In this document: piece after piece, positions 25,008-38,331 of the stretch
Position numbering within the stretch: position 1 is the stretch's first letter
Layout of the letters: the number at the start of each line of letters is the position of its first letter
Assembly (NCBI GenBank): GCA_044892525.1
Contig: CM097886.1
Coordinates: forward strand, 131,502,001-131,566,000
DNA: 64,000 bases
Direction: 5' to 3'
DNA from: Schmidtea polychroa
Taxonomy: Eukaryota
Notes under the pieces: generated by a model
Databases searched by the model: none
What the model was told of the DNA's origin: nothing
What the model saw: the letters and a program-made list of their open reading frames with translations, nothing else
Translations under genes and position numbers: made by a program

Positions 25008-25682
25008 ATGTATATCAGTAGTATGAGAAACAAACCGATCATAATAATCCTGATGATGACGATAGTCCTTGATCTGACAAGGCGACAACCCGTAAAGCCC
25101 GAAATTGAACATATTCGAGACAGCAGAAAATCCCACCAAAAGACCGAACCAACAGCCAAATCATGCATCTATCCAAGTATCATAAAAACCCGTCTTACCG
25201 ACAATATTCGAGCTACCCGAACGTACGTCAACAATATCAGATTAATGTGTAATAACCACCCCATGTGCAAAATTATTGATAAAAGAATCCTGGACCAAAT
25301 TCACCAACTCGATCAGCTAGAACAACAGGTCCAACATCAAGAAATATAAAACCCAGTCGAACCAGTAGAAATCGCCAAAGAAATAAATGACCACCATGAA
25401 CTCCTCTACGTGGTAATCGTCGAAACCACCGTAATCATGGTAATCATCCTCCTAAAAATCCATAATATCTACCAAGTTTGGAAGAAAAGTCACCCCGTAA
25501 CGGAAAGATCGTCTCGAAGATCCCAAGAAGCTAATATGGCTGACGTAATCCAAGAAAATCTCCGACAACGAACCTCCATCGCAGAAACAGTCAGACCGTC
25601 CACAAGTCGCCGAATATACTACAACATCGAAACCCAACAACCAAATCACCCATCATCAACGGCAACTGATCAACAAACATAA
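25008..25682 (+). pseudogene. Small type I membrane protein in env position, one in-frame TAA at 25347-25349
   Basis: ORFs 25008-25349 and 25410-25682 share a frame with no other stop; hydrophobic N-terminus IIIILMMTIVL, heptads, TM-like LLYVVIVETTVIMVIILL, cytoplasmic tail. Confidence 0.6.
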
Positions 25683-25907
25683 CATTTCGAACTGTAACTA
25701 TTGACAAAATTTTTGCTGTTTTATTATCTTCTGATGAAACCGGTCACCTTAAGTGGCCACTGCTTGCTTATATTTGTCATTTTCTCTGTTTAATTAAAGT
25801 ATTTTTTTTGTTTAATTTGATTTTCTGTTTGGGTGGATTTTGATTGAGATTATGGGTTATACCGAAAGAAGGTATGATCCAAATGTATGATATTATGTGA
25901 ATTGAGG

Positions 25908-25937
25908 GACGCAATTTTAACGGGCCCCGGAGTGATT
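25908..25937 (+). promoter_or_regulatory. Possible non-canonical polypurine-tract region
   Basis: TGAGGGACGCAATTTTAACGGGCCCCGGAGTGATT directly before TGTTGGG; resembles Ty3/gypsy pre-3'-LTR motifs but is not purely purine. Confidence 0.35.
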
Positions 25938-28834
25938 TGTTGGGCTAAACTTCGAGTGTCGAAAAATCGGGCTAAGAACGAATAAATAGGATAAAACAAA
26001 TTTTCAATAAAATCGCGAGAAATATAAGAATAACTAAATCAGATAACAATAAAAGAAATAAGAATATAAAATAAGAATATAAAAGAAATAAAAATAACTA
26101 ATAAAACAATAGAATGCATAAGGCGAAATAAGGGGAAATTACCCAACACACATGGTAGGAAAAGGAAAAAACATAAAATAACCAAAACGTAAGAAATAAA
26201 CGAGAAATTTAAGAAAATAAAATAGAAATCCTCAAATAAATGTATAGGCGAATTAAAACAAAAATTATATTATGATAAAATGACAATAAACGCGCAGGAA
26301 AAACGGGAGGAAAATAATAAAAAAAATACTAAAATAAATAAAATATTAATACAAATAGGAAAAGTTATTAAAACCCAACACATTACAATAAAAACACCTA
26401 AATAATAATAAATAAAAAATATCACAAACAAGGCGCGTCCTGATTGGACGAAGAATAATATATAACTAAAGAGAAAAATCTGTGGAGTACCACTTTTAAT
26501 CGCTACTCTACAGGTAAAAAATTTTTTTATGTTGACCACTTTTAATCGCTACTCTACAGCATCTTGAACACCATTTTGACTACGATTCAACGAAAACAAA
26601 ATCGACTACCAGTATCTAGCGGAACCAAAAGGAAAACGATTTAGTAGAATCCTGAACATTTACCATTTTTTGACACTCTCGAAGGATATTATTTGGTAAG
26701 TATGGTAATTGATTTAAATACTTTTTATGATGATGATATTAAATACTTCTATGAGTTTGATATTGAATAAATTCTTTTAGTATAATAAATGTTTAATTTT
26801 CGAAAGATGTTCCTCTCTCTATATGGTGCTGGCGACGATGTCGTCTGGGAATCCAATATGATGCGGGAAAATCAAATAAATCCGTAGAAGAAGCCACGAG
26901 GATGGCGACTAGAAGTGACATTGAAAATCGGGATGAAGCTAGATTTATAGCAATAGAGATGATTGAACGATTGTGATTACTGTGGGACGGCATCATATTC
27001 GAGACTCAGACGGCGTGGTCGCCAGACAAGTAAATTTTATTATAACGATTAATTTTCATAAAACCATGCCATTTATTTAATCATATTTATTATAAAAAAT
27101 CTTCTGAAAGTGACGAATCGAGGAGATCGAATCGTCCTTCCTGGCGGTCTAAGGACGGTGGCAGCGATGATTGCCGTCCTTAGGTGGGTCAGGAGGGGTG
27201 AGGACATCAGGCGGACGATATTAATACTGCACGGGGGATTCTTCCACCGAGAGACGTCTGTGTTCGGCATAGAAAATACTGTTTTTGGAGAAGATGAGGC
27301 AAATAAAAAATCCACAGAGATTCGCCGGAGAAATTCGAAATACAATTCTTTAAAATTAGGTATAATCCTAGTTTAATAAGTCCAGGTTCGACATCGTTAC
27401 GTCTTAAGTCCCCGAGTTACAGTGGGCTGAACACGAAGGGATCATAGTCTTCGGTTGCAAACAGAAAATTCCAACGTGATTAGTGTAAACTGTCACCAAG
27501 CTTTTCGGTAGGGATTTGGATCGCTAAGGAGTTAACGACAAAATCCATCATCGGTGCACTTTTAAGTTGAATTGTTGATTCTTAGGCTATAGATAAGGAT
27601 TGTTTTTCTGAAAATAGAGTAAATAAATCCTGAGAAATTATCAGAACACTTACGATAGATGCGAGGGAAGCCGTTGTCGAAGTTATCAGATAACTGCCAA
27701 ATGAATTTCAGTCTGATTATACCCAACCGAATTAGATGACTAAAGGGAATCTGAACAGTGAGAGAGAGCGATAACCGTCATCACCATAGATACAGTGAGA
27801 GCGTTGACAGACGGATATCTTAAGTCGACCACGATAGTAGATAAATTATCAGCTCCAATTCTCCAGTGATTTGTCGCGTAATGGGTAAGGCTGACACGCA
27901 TAACGAATCAGGTAGAGATTTCTAAGAGTCCGGATCTTGATAATACATGCCTACCAGCACGTCATATGGAATTCCCTCTCAGTATGCCGCCAACCAATCC
28001 ACATAAAAAGAAAATTTGTTCGGTGACCTAATCATTACATAATAATGACGAAGTTAAACGAGATAGTAGCATTGCGTGTAGGGACGACAAGGGAGATCGT
28101 ATCCCCGTAAATAATTTTGCTAGGAGTATCAGACAGCCACTCTCGAAACATAATCCGAACCAGACACACCAAGACATAGTGGTCAACAGAATAGTAGAAA
28201 TTGACAATACACAAGCATGCATTGCAACACATCATATTCAGCACTCAAGTAAATGACAGTATTTAGTCACAACCACATCCTGTGTTAGAGTCGTCATGAC
28301 AACCTCACGGCAAAAATTTGAACTAAATAAAATTTTCAATTCACGTTCAAAGTTCAAATAAATATATATATTATGATTCCCTTTTCAATTTCGATCAATA
28401 TTAAAATAATGCAAAGAAGCAGGGCCGAAATTTTTGTTATTTACACAAACTTAACTTCATAGAACTTAGTAATGAGGAGTAGACTTATCAATATTGGACA
28501 ATAAGAAATATATTAATGGTGTTAAAGGTTATAGTACTCGAACGATGGAACATATGAAGGGGGGGTCAAGCCCGTAAAATTATACCGAGTGATGAAACTA
28601 TAATAAATGAATTCTGTCTAAAATTCCCGTTTTCCTCTCATAAAATTGTAAGGAACGAGTGAGTTAACTTGAATGTTTGAGTTTGAATGAATGCGAGTAT
28701 CGATCAACGACACGGGTGTGTAGATCACTATTGAATAGTTTGATTTGGAAACTTGTAAACCTCATATGCGAAATGCAAATAACGTTCCAGAGAAACTTTT
28801 ACGATAGACAATAAATTTTTCTTTTAATCTTTAG

Positions 28835-29593
28835 ATGAATACCTCGACCAGCTCTGGAAAAATTCCTCGTCCTTGTTTCTCCTGCGCCGATAAAAATGCA
28901 GATATCGCGCAGCTCCATCTATACATCGGGGCTCTAAAGAAGAGAATTGACCTCTATGAGGGTACGTGGTTCTCCCCGCCACAAATGAAGGAGGAGCGAA
29001 AGAAGATACTCCGGTTGGAACATTGCAGGGATAGCCTGCTGGAGGAGAGCCATTGTCAACGGCTAACCATTAAAGCGCAATCCGAAGCCCTCCACAAGGT
29101 CTATACGGAGGCAGAATTGGCCAAAAGGGTTCGAGAATTTCCCGTCTCAGACAGTACTAATGTGTTTCCCCCGCACCACCAGTCGTCGCAAGCATCTACA
29201 TCAAATTGCCAAGGGCACGGCTCGTATCTGCCGCCAATTCCAGCTCCAGTATTATCCGGTTATCGGCCCTTAGCAGGTGGTTCTTCCGACCCGATCTTAG
29301 CTCCAGTGTTGGTGGCGCCCTCCGCCGCATCCGATGCGAATCATCCGGCGCCTTCTCGTAAAAGGAAACGGCCAACTAGGGCTGCCAAGAATTAAAAACG
29401 CAGAGACGCGATAGCCGCATTGGAAGCTTCATTATCAGTGGCCCAGTCCACCCTTAAAGAGATTTCAAGTTCCCACGTGATTCCGGCCAAAGAAATATTT
29501 CGAATCGTGCCGGCCGATGGCATCAAATATCTCGCAGACCGTCGCTTGCCGGTGGATATCGACGAAGTATTCGCCGACGGAGAGGTTTTTTAA
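28835..29593 (+). pseudogene. EGTWF-family protein, ~252 codons, one in-frame TAA at 29393-29395
   Basis: RPCFSCADKN...YEGTWFSPPQMKE...RKRKRPTRAAKN*KRR...DIDEVFADGEVF. Confidence 0.8.
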
Positions 29594-29888
29594 CAACTAG
29601 AGGTGACTACGGTGTTGGTCTACCGGGAAGAATGTTTTCGCGACCTCCTCTCTAGTGTATGACAAATTCTCATTTTCCTTAGTGATCGTGTATTTGATTC
29701 TTGTGCAACCTTTGTTATTATATAAATTAATGTATGTCGTATGATTAATATAAGTTTTTTGATAATTAATGAGTTATTTTACGAGAACGATGAGCGGAAT
29801 ACCCGATTCGATTGGTGAACTGAATGTATGACATTTGCGTGAAGGTCGTCCTTTTGGACCAGGGTCGACCCGAGAATGAATGAGTATG

Positions 29889-29990
29889 GGTAAGTCCTTC
29901 TAAGGCACCTTAGAACCTGTACCGCGAGTGGGTTAAGAGTAGTCCTAAGGCAGGGGCTCACCTGTTAAACTACTCCAACCCGTGTGAGCA
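29889..29990 (+). other. Conserved structured segment near the right end of the elements
   Basis: TTCTAAG-GCAC-CTTAGAA hairpin; GAGTAGT/ACTACTC stem enclosing GCAGG-GGCTCA-CCTGT; homologues at 39361-39450, 3050-3127 (-), 20283, 33040 and 1898. Confidence 0.55.
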
Positions 29991-30216
29991 GCACCAACGT
30001 GGGAACACCGCCACGGGCTCACATGAGGGAATATTAATAAGGTCATGTGATGTATGTTGGGTAAATCTGAGACCGATGTATGGGATTGCATGTCCGACTA
30101 CGAAAATATTTCTTCTCCCCTTCATACACCAACAATATATAAATACAATTCTATGATTTTTACGTTTTTATTTCTGATTGTTTCTCTGACACAATTATTA
30201 AATTTATTATAATTAT

Positions 30217-30801
30217 TAGCGGTGCACCGAAAAATCTAATTTATTTTTTCGGTTTCAAAATTTCGAAAAATTTGTTTTCCTTTTAATTTCACTCCAGTTA
30301 TTTCCCTCGTGAATAGTTCGAATTCAAAAAAACAGAGTGCGGTTTGGAATTATTTTGATGTCGATGAAATAGATCCAAATTTATAAACATAATATATTTG
30401 ATCCAGCAAATTTTAATTTAGATTTAATTTTAAAAAAATGATTAAACATTGAAAAAACTTGAATTGAATTAAAAAATGAAAAAAAATTCAAATATTAGAT
30501 AATTTTGATTCTCCTATTGAGATTGCATAAATTCTTATTTAGCTTTTGAATCCGAGATAAATAATTATTTATTTGAAAGCTTATCCCCAAAAGATAAAGA
30601 TATAATTAATTATAGTAAAATTAACGGGTTTTCTTTACTTTCGAGCGTTAAATTTGAACTTTTTTTTGAGTTGTGCAGGAGATGTAATAACTGATCATAT
30701 AGCTAAAATTATATTACAAGTAGTTTAAAAAAATTATTATGTTATTTACCGAAAATTTTCGGTTTCTGCCGAAATAAAAAATTCATTTCGGTGGAACCCT
30801 A
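30217..30801 (+). mobile_element. Non-autonomous hAT derivative
   Basis: Ends TAGCGGTGCACCGAA / TTCGGTGGAACCCTA; 8-bp flanks ATAATTAT and AAAATTAT; BED-finger remnant SAVWNYFD. Confidence 0.7.
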
Positions 30802-31415
30802 AAAATTATATTTTTAAAAACATATGTTCAACTATCAGTTGCAAAATTTGTCATTATAGTTATGCTGTTAATTATATTATGTGTAATATTATTGATTAGC
30901 ACGTATTTTTATTTAGGTCACCTTCTATTTTAATCGAAATAATATTTTAAAAAACATCTCAAACCCCGGCTTTCCAGTGAGATAAAACAAAAAAGTAAAT
31001 TTCACTTTTAAATCAATATTTGCACTTTTTAATTTATAATTACACAGTTAAATCAATACTTAAATTTCTATTTTGAAAAATGTTGCACTTTAAAATTAAT
31101 AAAAATTTTAAAAATCAATAATCGCGACTTAACCTTGAAAAAAATGGGGGTAGGGGGCTGAAAGCTATTTAATATTATTGATTAACACGTATCTTTATTT
31201 TCCTTGTCTCTCGTTTTATTGGGGCCCAATAATATTTTCTGCGCCCGGGCCTCAACTGGCCTAAATCCACCAATAACTATGAGGTCGAAAATTTCCTTGC
31301 AATAAGAAAAAGAAGCAATTGCTAAGAAATCGATAGATAGGATAATAAAAAAGAAACAAATAACTAACTTTTTTGTAGGCTTCCAGATCTTTGGGAACTT
31401 CGAATTCTAATAATA

Positions 31416-32405
31416 TTAACATTTCATGAAGATAAACTTATTATTATTTCCAGTACCTTTGATTATAAATAATGCTTTCTCATATTCCGCTGATGAAACT
31501 AGACATTCAACCATTGTCCACTTTAATTTGAATTTATCATTAACTTGATGTAGTGCCCGTTTAATGTCAGGGAAAAGGGTTTTAAGGAAATTCTCATAGA
31601 TCGTTTTAGAACATGTAAACAATGATATTATGCGAATAACTAACAAATTGAAATTGTCAAATATTTCCTGTTTAACATTACGATTTAAAGCGTGTATCGC
31701 ATCTTTTATAGATTATAAGCACTTTCTAACATCGCTTTTATCAGATATTATTTTCGAAAAACACTCGGAAATTTTGATTCTATCGTCTTTAAAATATCTA
31801 TTTTATATTTACTTAGTTCGATTTTATATTTAACCAAGCATCAATCACGAAATAAATTCAGAAATGATAGAAAACGCTTTTTTTCTAACGATCTTTTCGA
31901 TAATTTCATTCAAATAATCTGCGGATATTTCGATTTCAATTCCTTCTTTAAAGAAATTGAGAAAACTAAACCAAATATTAATACATTAAAAATATTTTAT
32001 AAAAATTACTCAAAGGATTCATCACTTTCCAAAGCAGATAACATCGAATCTTTTCCAAATTGTTGAGTTGGGAGTGGAAGCAGGAAAGCAGCAAACTTGA
32101 CTTGTAATTGTTTGTGTTAGACGTTGATTTATTAGTTCTTCCATCTAATATTATATTATCATCGTAAAGAATTTCATAATTTTTAATGACAATAGACAAT
32201 CATTTATTTCATTTGAAACCTGAAGTCTCTGCAAATAAGATACATCAGCAGTACATGACGATGTATAAACATTTCGTGTAACCGATAAATTTTCCTTCAA
32301 TACACATTCAGTCTTTACAGAGACATTTGCTGAGTTAGGAGTACTTTGAGAAAATAAGGAATCTGGATTAGGAAGGAAATCGTTTAAATTAGGACTTCTG
32401 CACAA
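31416..32405 (-). pseudogene. Frameshifted gene of unknown function, probably host
   Basis: Three successive minus-strand ORF pieces with helical, protein-like composition; no motif recognised. Confidence 0.3.
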
Positions 32406-32999
32406 ATTATCTTTAGTAATGTCTTTGTTAATTTAAAAAATTTTAAAAATTTAAACAATTAAATTAAACATTAACTTCTTATTCATTAATAGATTAATTG
32501 AAATCTTTAATTTTAATTTTACTATTAAAATTTTATAAAGGTAATTTTATTGTGTAATGGTTCTGGGTTTAATTTAATAAAAATTAATTTTATGCATTTC
32601 AGGTTTTCTAATGAAATTTAAGTCTTATAAAAATATTACTGAGTTTGGAAGCTACAATAATCGATTTGCTAATCTTTCCATTGGAACAAAAACCCTATTA
32701 TTTTAAAACAATTCTAAAAAAATAAGAACCAGTTAATAATATTTTTATTAAAGTATATTAGTGATAAATTAAATTCTGATTTTTAAAGTGACTTTTCCAT
32801 TAGTTAAATTTATGATTTGAATCTTAATCTAGATTGGAATTCTTATCTATATTTCCACAAAACTTTTATTTAAAAATTTGGAAATTTAGTTAGTATTATT
32901 TCACATTTAAATCTATCATATTTTAAAAATTAAAATTTTTATCGACAATTCTCAAACTTCTTTAAATTAAATTCTTCAAATATTAATTCTTACGACGTC

Positions 33000-33251
33000 A
33001 TTATAACATAGCATAAAAGGACCTAACTGAAGTCAGGAACAGTCCTTCTATCCGCAACCCGTGAACCCATTGGAATGCCAAACTATTATAGTGTACAGAG
33101 GTACGCTCACATCTCGCGAGTATTCACCCATACAACATACTGCCAACGTTGATTACTCAATGGGTGTCGAATGGTCAAACAAATAATTGTATCTTGGATG
33201 GCATCGGAAACGACATGAAAGGGTAAAATGTAGAATACCTGCGACCCACCA
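33000..33251 (+). mobile_element. Isolated right end of an E3-type element
   Basis: Colinear with 20240-20489 (TTCTATC.GCA..CCGTGAACCC; CAACGTTGATT.CTCAA; ...ACCCACCA). Confidence 0.75.
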
Positions 33252-34139
33252 CAATAAAAGTAAAAATGATTTGTAGGAACAAACCGATTTACTTTGCATT
33301 AAATTTGAAATTTTTGTGTAATTCATTCACGTAAGTCATTTAGATCTTTTGCATAATTGGGCGCATTGATGCAACTATATATTTATAGTTGGTAATTTCA
33401 TCTAAAAATGGTTTTACTATCAAAATATCGACAGTCAAAAAGGCAAGTATAGAAAAATATATTAGGCATACAAAGGCAATATTATAACAGTGAAAATAAA
33501 GAAACTTTTGTTTAAAAAGACATATTATTTAAAATTAATTTTTCATAACTTGGTTCCTAGTTGAAATTGTTAATATTCGTGCATGATTATTGCAGTTTTT
33601 GACTCATTATTTTTATTTTAAATTTCGAATTATATTATCAAAATATAGGTTTTTAAAGGATTTATTAGATAACAACACACCACATAACACTGGCGTTGCG
33701 AATCACTAATTTAAAGAATATATGTTAAATGACAGGGGTCGAGCAATTAAAGAATTTTAGCTTACGACATATTATAGAACAGACCCGTATAGATATCGGG
33801 TGAAATTTTCGTGGAGCCCTCGTAATATCGGCAGTGTTCACACTTCGCAAACCAACCCAACCCAGAGAATAATGTCGACAAATCATCATTGCAATTACTA
33901 TATTGGATATTGTTGTTCTGAATATTTAATCTTTATGACATAATTTGAATAATTTATTTTATGTGGAATATCAGTGTATCGTTTATATTTTAACTGATTA
34001 TTCAATCTTGACTTAATATTTCATTCTGATCATTTAATCTGTAGTTTATTTATTTTATTATTTTGTATAATATGATGGTTTTATACAGGTTTGTTTAGTT
34101 GATTAATTTACATATATAATAATTTCACATTGGGGAATT

Positions 34140-35600
34140 AATTAATAAGACACAGCTGAAAAAATTAATATAGTTTATTCGCAATAATTAAAAAGAAAAA
34201 AAACAGTCATTCGTGGAGTGGTTTCGCTTGAGACAACAATGTCAATAGCAAATCTTAAAATGTCAATTGCAAATAGATATAATAATACAACAACAAAAAT
34301 AATATTAAAACAACAAAAAATGAATTTGAATAAAGCCGCTTTGCAAAAATAAGAAAGAAAATTCATAAAAATCAGAAACAAATAAAAATTTTATCAAAAT
34401 TTCGAATAAAAATCCAGAACAATCCATAAAAATGCCGAAATCCATCATGGCCGCCAAATAACCTAATAAAAGTTTAAAAAAAAAATATTTTAGTTAAAAT
34501 ATAAAAATATTTTAAAAAAATTGCAGAAAACAATTTAAAAATTAAGAATTAGATAAAATTTAACATGGAATGCTGTGGAAATTCCCAAATCCATCATGAA
34601 GGTGCTTGTTTTGCTTGTCGCAAATTTGCCTGGCAGATTTTCTTGGGCTGCGCTGGTGTCTCGGAGATGCGGGTGCGCTTATGATTTCCGCCATTGGTCG
34701 TATCTGGGCGATTACGTCTTGATCCGCCGCTTGATGATGCACCTGAGTCTCTAGATTCAAATTTTCAGACGAAGAGCCCGTATCTCGGTTTAATCTTTGG
34801 AACTCTGAAGCTGTAGCTGCTGTATCAGCTGCAGGCGCTTTTGTATTTCTGCGGGACAAAACCACGTCCTTTGAACTTGGTGAGTTTCGTTCGAAGCTCT
34901 TCTACTTGTTGTTGCGTCTGCTCCCGATCCTGGTGTAGATTTTCCATCAGTTTGAACACTGAATGGGAAAATTGAATAACAGTGGCATTTATAAAATTGT
35001 CAATCAATTTAGTTTATCAATCATAATAGGGAAAATAAAAGGTAACAATCCCGGATATTCCGCGCTCTAATCTGTAGTCACCGTTATCTAGGTCAAACCT
35101 CCACAGTACCCTTGTCCTGGCGTCTCCATGTGGCGGTCTATCACCTTCTTAACTAAAACACTAAAATAAGGCTATATTATATTCCATATTGTTATAAAAA
35201 TATAAATAAACATAATAGTTCTGAGACATGCATAAATAAAACAAAAAAATCAACGCTAAACTAAAGTTAAAACAAGGATTTCAGTTTCAATAGAGTCACC
35301 AAGATTCGAGTCTTCGACACTCCGTGATAATAGTACTTGAGGTGTATCATAATTCACGGTGTACCTTTCGAGTGCGTCACAGCTTCCTGAGCCCTGTTGT
35401 AGTAGGCCTTTGGGATTCGTTCCATGGGTGTTCTGGACCGCGTTAGATGGCGGCCAGCTTGTCCGCATTGCACAACAGCCGGGCGGTTCCGTTACACGAC
35501 AAATTCGTATTAATTACTTAGAATAACTTTACGTATGAGTTTCAATTAGAGTTTAAAATGTGTGTATTTAATGACAAAATTTAAATATTAAAAGAAGAAT
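34140..35600. mobile_element. Rearranged E3-type fragments in mixed orientation
   Basis: A-rich head (+) homologous to 13400-13830; EGTWF exon on (-) at 34600-34975; weak RWTWS-exon similarity (+) at 35310-35450. Confidence 0.55.
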
Positions 35601-37039
35601 TCCCATTTTTTGTATTTTTATAAAAGTACATACATAGTATACATTTTTTAAGTAATAATAATGTTGGGCTGAGTCGGAAAATTAATTTTGGAAATTAGGA
35701 AAGTAAAATAAGCAGGGTGCGAAGAAAATAAAAATAAAATAAACAAATTTACGAATAAAATAGAATAAGATATAAGAAAAACAATAATTAGAAAATAAGA
35801 ATTAAAACAAAAAATATAAAAATAAGAAAAATTAAAATAGGACAATAGAATGACGGAAAATAACGTAAAATGCAGTAAATAATAAGGAAATTAAAGAAAA
35901 TAAATAGAAAATATAATAAAAATAAAGAAAATAGGAAGAAATAACTAAAAAACAAGAAAAATAAATTAAAGCAACAAAATTAAGCGGTACTCAATTCTGA
36001 TTGGTCTTCACACATAAAAAATTATTATATAAGCAAACACAAAAATTATTAACTTACAGTTAATCCAAAAACTTTACAGGCATTACTAGCGACTTATAGA
36101 TCACTCAAGAAAATTAGTAGCAGCAGAATTTCCAGGATTCGAAATCGAAAACAAATTAGCCTTCAGAAAACGACCGACCGAATTTTTGACTCAGCCTCAA
36201 CATCGATATTAGTGGTAAGGATAACTTTTATGTGGAATTTGTCTTTTAAGTTAATGATAATCATGAAGTTAATTTATAATTAAAATTTTGTTCTGTAACA
36301 CATGGCTTTTCATTTGATCCCATAATTTTAATGTTTGTATATTTAGATGTTTATTTGGTTGAATATCGTTAACATTAATAAATAATTTCATTCAGAGTTT
36401 TATACTTTATTCAGTAACTACCATTTTATGAAATTTTATTTGTTGAGAAACGTGGCGTTGAGATACCCCATGTCATGGTGTGAGGTGCCCTCGGGAGCTC
36501 AGCAGGTGGACATGGAGTTTTTCAATCACGCAGCTGATTCGGGCCGAAGTGTGGGGGCTTCCTCACGGGTCCGTCGCTGAAGATGCGACTAAAATATATG
36601 AATAATACTCTAGAAAGATAGCAGCTATAAAGTGATTGAAGGAGTAGTCGTATGGGTCCAGTGAAATGCAGAAAATTTTGTTGGAGAGTTCGCACAGTGA
36701 TTGAGGGTGTCACGCTACCGAATCATAGGATCATCTTTACCAAACTTAGATTGTCTCCATCATCTGAAAGATCTATGCAAGAGTTTCTGAAATTCGTCTG
36801 AACATTATTATTGTCATATGGGGCGTATCATCTGTGTTCATAATTACACTCAAAATTGTTCCTGAAATTTTCTGTCTCCAGACCTTCGTAACTGCTATTT
36901 TCATCGTCTATATCCCTCGCGTACACTCAACTTTGATACGTTTTCATAAAGAAAAATAAATAGTTTTAAAAATAAAAACACGAAATACTATCGAATCTAA
37001 TCTAGAAAAATTTATTTCCAAAACAATCCAGCATGATGT

Positions 37040-37483
37040 TCAGTTAGCACATCGAATACAAAATGCCTGCAGTAAATGGTGCAAGATGAGATGTAGCTGA
37101 TACGATAGACCATCCAAAGGAGAAAAATCCAAATCTTGAGTGTGGCATAAAGAGTGGTAGAATATCCGCATTTTGTCGAGTTGTCTTCCAGCGATAGTTG
37201 AGATATTTAATAAATTTCCAAGCCGATGTTGATGGTTTGCGCCCGTTGACGATGATAGAAATCCACGATGAGAGTTTACATCAGCCGAGATTGTAGTTTC
37301 CGTAAATAGGCATACAGTGAGAATCGTGCGACATGTGGAATATTTGTGAAACTGGCATATACCAAACTCATTAGATAATGTAGCGACATTCAAGTCTGAG
37401 AGTAGAGCAAACACACGAGAGTTCGCATGACAAATACACACAGCACACGGATGTGCATGCATTGTAGCTACGATCGGTAACAT
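37040..37483 (-). pseudogene. 5' part of the antisense gene of E6
   Basis: 147-aa ORF starting with Cys/His-rich HPCAVCICH; SDDG motif downstream at 36756-36767. Confidence 0.4.
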
Positions 37484-38331
37484 TCATATGAGAGAGATAA
37501 GGTAATTCTCACGTAAATATCCATAGTAGTGAACTTTACCATATGCTATGCCGATGGAGATTTTCATCTCTGTGAGACAATAACGGATAAGTGTGTTAGG
37601 ATAGCAGCTGACCTGAGGCCACTACACTCAAGTGGTCATTTCTCCTATATCACTGTGATAAAAATTTGTTTATGTTATTATAGAAATAAACTGTATAATC
37701 AGTAACCGATGATCTGAGGTACGAAAACTCTCAAAGTTCACTTATTGGAAAATCGCCAATTAAATATTTGAATAATTAGAATAATTTGAAATTGGGCTTT
37801 ATAGATAACACTGACAATCTTGTTCAATGGGCGTTATAGATAATCATATAAATTTTAGATTAATTGTGATAATTAATCTATCGAAATTTTTATTAAATAT
37901 TATTATATGATTATTATTATAGTATTATTAAATATTACCGACCCTCAGACCGTCAAGTATAGGAATTGTCGAGTGGGGAAAAGGGGAAAGAGTTTTTGGG
38001 GAGGTAACTAGCGCCGATATCGTGCAATTGTTGATCTAAAATGAAATCCGGTATTCGTAGAAAATTCTTGGAGTTAGTAAATGTGCCCCATCGAAAAATC
38101 TTCCGGTTAATTCATTTTGCATTCGACAAGTCAATGGGATTTATCAATAACTAAATTTTGTAAATAATGTACGGGGTAGAAACGAGTTGTCGTCTGGGGG
38201 GAAAAATTCCCTTACCCACGTAATCTGCTCTTCTTTTTCTGTTGAACATCTAAGCTAGTAACTGAGTAGTTGTACCAAATGTATGACATTTCGAACATCA
38301 TATCTTAATCTCATCTTTATAGCTATCCAAC

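Larger units (their letters stand above)
22700..30134 (+). mobile_element. E5: 7.4-kb composite (187-bp left repeat, 3-kb gene cassette, 4.2-kb giant LTR-like unit) with ATAT TSD
   Basis: TGTTGGGCTAAAC at 22700 and 25938; end CACCAACA at 30134; ATAT at 22696-22699 and 30135-30138. Confidence 0.8.

Noticed and set aside
25730-25760. CTGATGA as a hammerhead core
   Set aside because: GAAA follows immediately with no stem II and no flanking stems; HDV, twister and pistol cores were also not found in the 3' hairpin module.
22451-27376. Many 60-110-aa ORF-track entries (e.g. 22451, 22887, 23086, 23706, 24579, 26270, 27073)
   Set aside because: Antisense or off-frame shadows of real genes, or low-complexity A-rich tracts.
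29393-29395. In-frame stops at similar positions (codon ~185-187) in two EGTWF genes, suggesting programmed readthrough
   Set aside because: The stops differ (TAA vs TGA at 38884), are offset by about three aligned codons, and lie in Lys/Arg tracts one mutation from a stop; ordinary decay explains them.
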